The notes under the pieces are model-generated. The model was not told the DNA's origin and did not search any database. It was given only the letters and a program-made list of their open reading frames with translations. A program made the translations under genes and the position numbers. A DNA stretch of 54,065 nucleotides, the filler included, from Perkinsus olseni (lineage: Eukaryota), in NCBI GenBank assembly GCA_013115125.1. It is 2 parts of 2 records of this genome, joined end to end, with 100 filler letters (N's around TTAATTAATTAA, not from the genome) between each part and the next. Parts side by side here need not be neighbours in the genome. Positions count along the whole stretch, not along the records: positions 27,089 to 54,065 come from JABANN010000476.1; 1 more part is not named here. The stretch is one strand, 5' to 3'. This document shows positions 35,961 through 46,575 of this stretch, piece after piece (position 1 is the first letter of the stretch; each line of letters opens with the position of its first letter).

Positions 35961-36332
35961 GCGCTCTCTCCTCTTAGCGGGCGTGAGCAATGCTTACTAA
36001 ATCGAGCAATGTTGCTAACGGGACTGGAGCTTAGGTCTTAGACCGTACCACTACATAGGGGATCACCCAAGGAAAGGAGACGCCTAAGAAATACAACAAC
36101 ACACCATCAGTGCCACAGTCCGCTCACTTCCCCACTCATGAATATATTCTTATTGGGCATGTCGAAGAAAGGTAGCAGAGCTAGTCGAAGATAACGTAGG
36201 ATCCCAACTCGAGAGGGCTTACATGCACAGACAGCACATCACAATACATGTAAAGTGGCATGAGGTTCATAGAGATACTTCTGTTAAGGACAGAACACCA
36301 AACGGCTACGGGCACCAAGTCGCAGGAAGGTC

Positions 36333-38019
36333 TCAGTTTTTCAACAGACTTTTTATCGAATCCCTGAGATTGGTGAGAACGCCCTTGAGGGTCTCAACAC
36401 TGTGGCTATGCTCAGGCTCTTCCTTCTCCGGTTTCTGAGCCAAACGGACGCAAAATTCGTGCATGAGGGTGTCGGCCGATGCTGCGGAGTCCGCCACATC
36501 TTTCGCCGTCTCGTAGACCAGACCCAGTAGGAGCCATTTGATGGCGGCCTCAACATCAGATTGATTAACGCTGTGAGGTAGAGTCATAGTGACTTTCTTG
36601 ACACTCTCAAGGGAAGGAAACTCCGGCCATCTCCCCGGAAAAACCCTGCAAAGGAAGACGAGGTGCAACGCCTAAGGTAGACCTTCTAAGCGTACTGGAT
36701 TCCTGTATGAAAGTTGTAGGAAGCCAGAGCTCCTACGGACTCGCCCTCCGCGATTTCCTTCCATCCAGCTCCGTCTTTCGGAACGCTCCTCGGGCATGCC
36801 ATATCATCAAGCGTCAGCTTGGAGTCCTCCAGTGTGAAGTCAAGGTAGTAGGCGGGCCCGCTGTCGGGGCGCCTCAGCATCATACGATACTTCGTGATGT
36901 TTCCATAGAACATAGGGATGAACTGAGAGGCTGAGCAGCATACCCCTATTGTGATCCGCACGGACACCCACCATCAAGGGATCGAAGTTCACCTCATGAC
37001 CGTTCAAGCGCTCTGGCAGCCTGTGCGGCATCAACTGAGAAGGAACGGGTGATCATAGTTGAGGCAATACACAAGAGACAAGACAGAGTACCGTGAAATG
37101 GGCTGGCCTGGAAGCATCCATCGGGAACGGATTGTGGAGCTCGAAGAAAGGGGGGTCCTGAAGGATTCGAAGGGCCGATTGCCTAGTTTAAGCGAGCCTC
37201 GAGACGGATTGGAGACCCTCTACCAAGTCGTGAATCTCCGTGTCCTCTGCCATTTCCGCCATCACTTCATCTACTCTTTCAGCCATCCTTTGACAAATCT
37301 TATCGGCAGCATACGCTCGAAGATCAGAGTCGAGTGTTGACACCGGCTGTCGAGAGAAGGACATAACCAGCGAGAAATCGGCGAACTGGAGCCATCTGAG
37401 AACACTCAGATCCGGTGACCCAAGCATAGTAGCAACATTCGGCCAGACTGCAGACGCTGCTGCATCGCAAGCCTACGTTATTCCGCCGGGGAAGAAGTAG
37501 TAGGCCCGGTGATCTTTGGTTGGTTCCTCACGCCCGATGGGGATGCGGGGCTTGCAACTCATCTCCACAATACGAGGACCCCTCTCATCCAAGGGTTTGC
37601 CGAAGGTAACCGAGCTTGTCGGGGATGCTACAGTGCCTCCGCCCTCCTGATGATCAAGCCATCATGACGCTGTTGTTCGTTGCGGTTGCGGCGGGCTCAC
37701 CTTTCCAACGCTATTAAGAAGGGCGACATCAAGTGACACGTCGTCCGAGCCGATTTCCAAGCCGAGCTCGAACGAATCGTCCAGCTGAAGGGGACCAACA
37801 CAATGCTCCCTGCTCGCGTCTATAGTATCACGCCATCCTCCTGGAATGTACCATATCATCACTCGCACCCCTTCAATGTTACAGGCGTGTTTCAGAACCG
37901 ACCGATACCCCAGGCCCCGGCACCTCGGCAGCTGTCCGCATTCCATTGGCTAGGCCACAGAGTTCAGAGAGGACCAGAGCTAGGTGAAGATGTATGATGC
38001 TTGGACAGCGTTTTATCAT
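36333..38019 (-). CDS. Tandem-array family member 1 (divergent A + B)
   Basis: MIKRCPSIIHLHLALVLSELCGLANGMRTAAE (ATG at 38019). A-like: VTFGKP...RIVEMSC...YFFPGGI, LRWLQF...DKIC. B: HRLPERLNGHEVNFDP, LDFTLEDSKLTLDDMACP, EFPSLESV...AIKWLLLGLV...HEFC. Could be two genes. Confidence 0.55.
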
Positions 38020-38990
38020 TTATAGCGAGTTGAGGAGAATCAACTAGGACTGATGCGGGACTGCGGAGAGTACGCTTTCAGGCGGGAGCGGCAGAAGAAC
38101 GGAAAACGTGAAAGTTACTTTCATCATTCAAGGAGGTGCGCCAGCAGACAACTCAGAAGAGTGCTCCCGCCTCCGCAGGCGGGCAGAGTACCAACGCGCT
38201 CGACTGCGACGGTTTCGTTCACTGCGAATATCAGATGCGGCCGATAGAAACAACGCTTCGACCCCACACCAATTGACAACACCAGAGATCCATCTCGCGG
38301 CATTCGATAGCACTTGGACTCACAGCCATCAAAGCAAGTACAGGAATACTCTTCGTATCAGCGTCCTGGGTCGACGACAAGCATATGCAAATTCGTCAGC
38401 CGGCTCTCAGTTAACCCTCCTCTAATTAACAAGGACGTGGCGGCTCCCTGCCCGTCCATTGTTAACGGGGTTGCGGCGGAAGAGACATGGAATTTGACAA
38501 GCGCTCAAAAGGAAATTTTTAGACTTCCGTCTCCGGGACCCCTAATTTCGTCAACATCGTCTACGTTGTCCAAACCCGGGGATGCTCAGGGTGCTGGCTT
38601 CCCCTCTACTTCCGGGGCACGAATCAATATGAGGTCAGTGAAGGAAGGTGGCATATGGAATGTGTGGGCTGGAAAATGTTGGGTGTTGCCGAGAAGGCAT
38701 GATGGTAGATGTACATCCTTGAGTACCAACCGCTTCGGCTCAGCACGCCGCACACGGAGGAAGGAAAGCTTCCAAGCTCGAATGGAACCCCAAGATGAAC
38801 CATTTCTTTACGTCGATTCGTGCATGAAGCCCCCGAAGAAATAAGCACACCGGCGGAAGTCTTAGCCGGTACTGACGTTTAACTGTAGACCCACACACGC
38901 GCCGTTCCTTCAAGTGTTCAACACGGTGAGGCTACCTTGAAACTCAGAACTCTTCCGGTTGTCAGAATGAAACGATACTTGCACGGAGAT

Positions 38991-41900
38991 TCACTCCTCC
39001 GACTTCAAACGTTCAATCACGCCGCTGAGAAGTTTTATCGCGCCGCGCTTGTTGATGAGGTCATTATAGGAGCCACAAGTCGACAGATGGACACACTTTG
39101 GACACCCATCTGAGGGGAAGGAAACATCAACAGGAATTCGGCACGCGTCGACACCTCACCATCAAGGCAATCGCACGTGCTCACGATCTCTAAGGCGGTT
39201 TCTAGCACTTGGCGCAGTCGACCGAATGCTGCCAACGCGACTCCAATACCTGATGGGAATCACCCGAGGGCGTGTGTGAGTTTATAACCCAACTCCAGTA
39301 CCGGCTCAGCTAGGTCTTAGTGAGCGAAGAGCATCCGAAGTGCCGAAGATAACATGATGTATTCTCACCTCCTATCTTGGTGTCGAATACGACTGCTGTA
39401 TACGGCCGTTCCCGTACATCATCAATACTCGGGCATTGAGTGCTGACGTCACTCTGGTCACACAATAGATGGATACGCACAGACCTCAGCCATAGATGAC
39501 TGAATGTGTGAAGGGCAGCCCTGAGGCCAAAGGGATAATTCATCACAGCAAAGAATACCAGGGAAACGAGGCAGAAAGGCAAGCAGTTTCACCCCAAAGT
39601 CACAGTGGTCGCTCACCTGAAGTCCCCTTCGTCCCACTGCAAAGCGAACTGCTTATCGAATTCTATCCAGGTGGCCTTGGTGAAGTACTTCACTTTCGGC
39701 AGGCCCAGTCCGCCTATGGTCTCGACTATCCTCCCCGTATGCTTATTGAACTTCTTATAACCGTAGACCTCAGTGCAGATCTCTACTCGACCTGACATCA
39801 ACGACACATTCAATAGGACGTACGGGCCACATTCCCCCACAATCGCAATTTTCTCAACTTCTCACCGGCTAATACGATTCACTGTCAAATTCGATGTGTA
39901 CGGCTATCTCACACCAGAGAAAGGCTTATCACTTGTCCTGCCCGGCGGAGCGAAAGCCCATCTTTCTCACCAAATCGGAGGTGCACGTCAGCTTCCACAG
40001 GAGCACTCGATAGACGGTACGGGACTTGTGCGGAGGCTTCCCTCTGGATGTTCATGAAGAGTACATCGGTGATGTCCCGACTCTTCGTATAATACTCATG
40101 CCTACGACCAAGATCAGACTACTGCTACACCATGGTAGCACTCACTTCATAGGGCGAGCGATGGCTCGATCGAATCGCAAATCAAGATCGACGATCCTGT
40201 ATTCAGTCCCTTGGTTCATGTACGTCGCGCCGGGGTACCTAGATCATTAGAAGGGGCGCTTCCAGTCTCGCGTAAAGCATGATGGTGCCGGAAGGGAAGT
40301 ACGACCCTCTCAACTCACAGGTAGAAGAATGCGTTATTGTAGTCAATCTCGTCTATCTGTTTGTCGCCTTCCCGAGCATCGGCCGACGGCGTGACAACTT
40401 TGATGTTTCGGTTGTCGATACTGCGAAGACTTATCTGCATCACCAAGCCAACATCATGAGAGTGAGTTCAACCTGGTGCTCACCTTCGCATGCGGTTTCT
40501 TAGCGAACGGCGATTCCTTCCGCACTTTACTGATCATGGCATCATACTCTTTCTTCATTCTCTCGTCCGTCGGCGGTGGCCAATACCTGCAGCTGAGTTG
40601 GTAGCACCGCCGCCATTTTCAGACCCCGCGTACTCGGCAACATCTTCGGTAGAGCGGAACTCGACCTCATTATCGGCGCACAAAAGATGCTTCGGTAGAA
40701 TCTGCCTTCGAAGGATCCCCGAAGGTTCCGAGGGGACTTGTCACCTGCTCGTTGTCCCATTGTACGGGAGCATCCTCGGCTTGACCAAAGGTTTCCATCA
40801 GACGCTCGGGCTGTGCTGAGAACCATTGATCGATAGGGTCTGTCTCTCGAGTAACGAGAATGCAAAGACTTGCTCGGCCCGACTGAAACAGAGGGCGTGT
40901 GGGGCAGTCGATAGCGAGACTGCATAAAACCACGCGGCTCGTTCTTTCCCGAGCTCCCGTTGCCGTTCTCTGAGCTGTTCTATGCGACAAGCTAGCCCCA
41001 CACGAAAGAGAAGAAAATAAAACAAGCAGCCAAAGCGGCTTAGCAAGCAGACTGACTTCCCACTCACCCTTCCAGCCCGGCCGAACTGTTGTTGTAGACT
41101 GTGGCTCGACCCTGGATACCCCATCGAGATGCAGCAGTCCAGACTGCCGATATCGACACCCAGCTCGAGTGCACTGGTGCATATCACACCCAACACTTTG
41201 TGGGAGAAAATCTGCTGCTCGATATCTCGCCGAGATTCCTGCGTATAGCCGCTACGATAGGACACGACCTGGAAGGACGCAGGACTACCAGGCGACTACG
41301 GATTTCTGAGCTGGTGATCTTGCCTGGCCTTCTGTCCCCTTCTTCAGCAACGCTCTGACCCTAGAGAGCATTATTTCCACCATCTGCCGGTATCGGGCGA
41401 AGCATATGGTCCTGAACGCATTCTCTCTAGAGTAGACCGAAGTACGGAGATCTAGCGCGGTACCTAACTCCCATCTGGACTAGCGTAGCCATCAGCTTAG
41501 AGGTATCAGCTACAAACCCCGCAGACGTCTCCTGGCCCAGACCAGCTGCTGTATTCAAAATGTGTGCGGTGACTTTGTCCTGACCAGCAACTAGATCTAC
41601 AAGTAGGAACCATCGCTTCGCCCTGTACTTTAACGGCGTCCTCAGTCGCAGCCTTCCCTGCATTTTTCTCACTGTAGTCGCTGGGTCTCCATATGACTAC
41701 CCAACGTGGCCCTCGCGGCGCCCCATCGGCATCAACTCCGATGGTAGTGATGCCATTCACCACGTCTTTAGGGCCGGTAGTAGTCGAAAGTCCTGAGTAG
41801 ATTCGCACTACGCAGCTCGTTGCTGACGACCCGGCCAACCTGTAAGATTCGCCATGAGCTCGGAAGGATTGCCGATTGTGGCAGAGCAACAGATGAAACG

Positions 41901-43527
41901 TAGATCGCGCCGCTCGGTGACTGCCCGCTTATTCTGATGCCAATCGAATGCACGTCGGAGCCTGAGCAACCGCCGGTATTGCAATAATATTCGGCTAGGA
42001 CACAAGGACCGTCGCAGAGAACCTTTCTCAGCCCTGCATCCCCCAGCAGAACACACAGGGAACGGGTAATTAGTGACTCCCCCATGATTCATCTCCGAGA
42101 TTGAAGGTGGTCCCACCTTACCGTCTGACGACATTGGCAACATGACTGCCGAAGCTGCCTCGATACGTATGGCACTCGTCCACGACCACGAACTTGAGGT
42201 TACCCAAGAGCCGCTGATATCGTCTGTGTTGGGGGAGAAGCGAACAATGCAGCATATCAGGATTGGTGAGCACCACTTGAGCTCGAGACCTGGCCACCTC
42301 ACGGGCCGTTGTGTCACAGTCGCCATCGAGGGTCGTCACCACGATATCGGTGGCTGGCAGAAAAACTCTAGTAACCGGTGAGAAGCAGAGAGCCCACTTT
42401 CTACAAGCTGCTTTAAAACACGGAGTTGGTCCTGGGCCAGGGCTTTCGTCGGATAGAGATAAAGCGCTGTGGTGTCCGGATCTGACAGTAGACTGCCTCA
42501 ACAGTAGGTCGGCGGCATTGATTCCTCACGCTTGTCAATATAGCTCAGAATTGGTAAATTGAAGGCGAGCGACTTGCCGCTGCTCGTCGCCGTACAGATA
42601 CAGACGTTACGGTCCTCCAATGCTATCGCCTCGAGAGCTCTGATTTGATGAGTGTACAACTTCAAGTGTCCCCCAGCGGAGGTTTCGTCATGCTCGTGCT
42701 GTCGGTGAAGTATCTTTCAACAATGGAACCATCAGTGATGTGCAGTAACACAGAACCGCGTCTTGACATACCTTCCTATAGCCGCCCACGATGGTCTCGG
42801 ACAACGCCCCCTCCAGCTCTGGGCTCACTTCCTCATATCGAGCCTCACAACCCGGGTCATTCTCAACTGGCCTGATCTGGTCTTTATACCACTTCTCCAC
42901 TTTCAGCCTTCCCAAGGCCTCCGGCGGATCCGGGTTCAGTTGGAGCTCCAACTCGCTACCGCTGTCGCTACTCTCACTACTGCTGCTGCTGCTGACTGAG
43001 AGTTCTCTCACATCGTTACGGTGGGACACTCTACTGCCGAGCGGCGTCACATCACCAAGAGCTCTCAGCCTCTTCTGTGGAGATGTGGACGGCGCACTGC
43101 TGCACGACTTCACCGACAGCAGCGGACGAGGGCGTTTCGCCGGACCCATACTGAACCAGACCACTGCGGGAAGTTGCCGAATGCCTTCTCTGTTCTCTGC
43201 CTTCGCTTCCTCTCGGTTATTTCCCGTCAGCCAGTCTATTTCGGCCGTAGTCCCCGGGTTGATGATGGTTACCATGCCCTCATCACTCTCAATAACGCAA
43301 TCCAATCGAAGTCAGAGTAACACATAAAACACCGCATGAATTCATTTGAGTTTCATGTTGAGAGTCTGCCTGACTCGGGATAGATCCTCTCGGCTGCAAG
43401 GTACAGTTGTTCGATCAAGCCCTGAGGAGGATGAGCACAACAGCACGGTCATCATGATGCAGCATGATAGGAGCCGCGTCGAGAGGTACGTCCGCCAACA
43501 GAGAGAGAGAAGCACCACCTCCATCAT
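38991..43527 (-). CDS. HRQ1: Hrq1/RecQ4/MrfA-like DEAH helicase with C-terminal DUF1998 (Cys4 zinc) domain, multi-exon
   Basis: TATSSGKSLAFNLP (Walker A), TNPDMLH, VVVDECHTYRGSFGSHVA, CCSATIGNP, YRSGY, TSALELGVDIG, QQFGRAG, YPGATYMNQG and C-terminal CDCLDG/CPKCVHLSTC; TGA at 38991-38993. 5' start uncertain. Confidence 0.92.
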
Positions 43528-44579
43528 GGATCACATCCTTCATTGCCTCTTGGTCCACTTCCTGAGTTCGATGGGCTAGAGGAAGTTAAAAGAGGGTCGG
43601 TCTCCTCTTGAAGTCGCCCACAGAACTTCGACGGGGGTACTACCACAAGGGTAGGCGCCAGCGCAAACTTACTGTTGCCGCGTTGGTTGTCCTACCAGAG
43701 TTAGTCATCATTTTCCTTATGTCTATTGCGTCGGGGCCACGCAAAGACTTCTCGTCAATACCACATTTACTCGGTCCTCTACTCATCGCACGCAACACCC
43801 TCACCTAAGTCAAGAACATAAATTCCGCGTCGAGGGCACTCAGGGTAGGGCCCAACAGAGATTGCACGACCGAATCCACCACCACCAACCACTCCGCTCT
43901 TCTGCCCTACCCTGCCTAATGCCAAGGCTAGATCATATCGCACGGCAGTGTAGCGCCTCAGACAGTTAAGCTCGAAGAGCACCCCAGGCCCACGATAGCA
44001 TAGACTGCCACCTGGAAATGCCTACCAGCACCGCAACATCTAACACCTTAACGCGACATCGAACTCATACCTCGTTAAGGCAAATACCATCGCTATCACG
44101 ATCGTCCTCGGTAGTCCAGCCTGAAGGGGAAATAACGACCCCTACGGCAAAGACGGACTACATTACTAGAAGTGCTGTCTGCATGGTTAAGCCGTCCAGT
44201 CAGTGGGTAAGATCTAGCAACGTACGCTTCTTCAGCGGACCTATAACAGTTGAGAGGATATAGCGGTCGACGGACACCTTGTGATACAAGAGAATCTTCC
44301 GTCCTCGCGAGAGTAGCAGGACTCACTTCACTGCGCTGGAGAGATTTGACGTTGGCATACCACAACGCAACCCTGAAAAGGAGGCCCAGTTTAAGGAAAA
44401 GCAAGAAATAGCGATACCGTCGTTCAGCTCCCTCCAAGCCAAAGCACAGTCCGTGAGAAAAACACTCCAGCATCACACCAGTGGCGCCACTAGGCGGCAA
44501 GCTCCGCTCATCTCGTGGCCCGTACCATTGCCGGTTGGACCCTTTTCCACTGCGGTCGACAGGACCTGAACCACTATTC

Positions 44580-45658
44580 TCACTGTGTAGGGTTCTTCAC
44601 CAAGGCCTTCTCGATACAGAATTCACGTAGTTCAAGCTCGACCGTACCCAACCTCACTCTACCACCACCAAGAGCGATAGACAATCCTGCCAACCCGAAG
44701 TGGGTGTGAAAGGGGTCCGTCGAGCAGTCCGGATTCGGCGCCAGTCCGCCTACATCTTCATCAAAACATGAGTCGATAAAGGCTGTGAGCCCTTGAGTAT
44801 CGGGCCAGCGGCCGTGGGTCGGGATCTGCCCCAGCATGCGCAAGGACCCCATAACCCAGAAGACGTAGCAGGAGTCCGCTGGCTTCCCAGGACGACCATT
44901 GCACCCATTAGAGAGAACTCTGCGCTTCAGCCACTTAACACACGCATCAACGTCGAAGCCGTCCTCCAAATTGAGGAGCTCGAGAGTCGCCACAGCACAG
45001 AAGGTGTGACCAGCGTGAGCCTCACAGCCAGGCCTTTGCCCGAACCCGCCCTCTGCCGTCTGGCACCGGCATATCCACCGAGCCAGCCGTTGACTTTCAG
45101 CGGCTGATAGCTGATAGCTCAGTAGCGTAAGGCTCAGCACCACACAATAGACGAACCGTATGTCACCGGCGACCTCTTCGAAGGCGGCACCACTCTGGAC
45201 GACACCGTCTTCGGACGCCATGAGAGCACGGAGCCAGCCCACGATCTCCTCTCGCTGACGGGAGAGGTCGAATCCAAAGATAGTCGCCAGCTGCATCGCC
45301 GATGTTGTCGCAATCACGCTCGGAGTTCGAGTAGCCGGGGAGCTAGCGAAGCCTCCATTTCTATAGCATTTCTTCAGCAACTTCTCCACTACTGGACGGA
45401 GGCGGTCAGTCTCCTCAGGAGTGTAGTCGGACACCAGCTGCTTCGTGGAAACTAACCAGTAGAGTCCACTGAGGAGGTTCGACTCCACCGCAAGGTTTCG
45501 GTAACCTGAGGCGATTGGATCGAACAGCGATGGTGACGCCACGCCATACCTTGCTCGAAGTCTTCTGAGACCTCGGAAGCACCGCTGTCCTTGGTGGCTG
45601 CGGCAATGCCTTTGGCTAGGAACGAGTCAACATAAGTTACGATTGGGTTGGTAGGCAT
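44580..45658 (-). CDS. RABGGTB: Rab geranylgeranyltransferase (type II) beta subunit
   Basis: Prenyltransferase repeats: LSGLYW, DIRFVYCVV, CQTAEGGFGQRPGCEAHAGHTFCAV, NGRPGKPADSCYVFWV (Zn-binding DxCY), DPFHTHFGLAGLS. Probable short first exon from ATG 45658. Confidence 0.88.
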
Positions 45659-45800
45659 CACACCAAGCAAATAGCTGCTGCCGCTGCATTTTCTTGATCA
45701 ACTCAACACTCGGAGAGCTATAGCACGCTAGAAACGCCTCTCGAGGCCTGATAATCTTGCCGGGCCTTCACGTCTTTCACAACAGCATCGCTGCCAGGAG

Positions 45801-46433
45801 CTAACTTGAGCATCTGAGAACGACACGGGTCTAATAAGATCCGAGAATGAACTAAGCCAGCTACCAGATCGCTCCAGCTGGCCCGAACGGAGTCGCAGAG
45901 GTCAAACACCTCCATGCGGCACGAGTCCCGACTCTGATGGGTCTTCCAGCATTGCTGAGATGAGCAGTAGTGAGTTAGGGGAATCGGGAGCGCCTTACCT
46001 GCAGCCGTTCGAACTTATCAGGCACTATGTTCTTGCAGTAACACGTGAAGTCGAGGCCCTTGCCGTCGTCGTGGAGGCATCTTCCGGTTACGATACTGAA
46101 ATAGAAGAAGGCCTACCGAGGGTCACTCAAGGCAGCAACATCCCTGTGAGAACTGCGTAGCCGAGTGGACGATGGTGGAAAGCGCAATCCCCGGTAACGA
46201 ATCGAGCGGAGCTACTTGAAACGGTATTTGTCTTCGTCAGTCTTGAGGTTAGAGACTTGCTGTTCTGTGAAGATATCCGGCCCTTGCTGCATCAACTTCA
46301 CCATGCGCATCGCGAAGATCTGATAGGCAATGTTGGAGTAACAAAGGTGAGTAGGTCTTACTGCACAGTCCTGGTCGACAGCCAGAGGACTTCTTGCCAG
46401 TGGACTCTGCTGTATCACTTCCGTCGGTTGCAT
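45801..46433 (-). CDS. Small Cys-rich protein (~137 aa) with CX9C motif, CHCH-like
   Basis: Spliced by eye: MQPTEV...DQDCA/IFAMRMVKLMQQ...FN/SHRDVAALSDPR/CLHDDGKGLDFTCYCKNIVPDKFERLQ/QCWKTHQSRDSCRMEVFDLCDSV...; all junctions GT-AG and in frame. Confidence 0.5.
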
Positions 46434-46575
46434 AACCGAGATGAACTTAAAACTGATCCTCTGGCGATTGATAGCAGCAAAACGCAGCACTGGGAAGACA
46501 GAGGAAACGTATCGAAGGAACTGTGTAGCCCAAACTTGGGTGTGGAAGGGGACAGTACACTGGTAGCGTGGGGAT

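Noticed and set aside
38053-38848. ORFs of 60-176 aa between the array and Hrq1
   Set aside because: No recognisable motifs or consistent exon chain; likely intergenic.
43560-44500. Possible small minus-strand gene or extra 5' exons of Hrq1
   Set aside because: Splice-like signals are present, but I could not build a convincing continuous frame.
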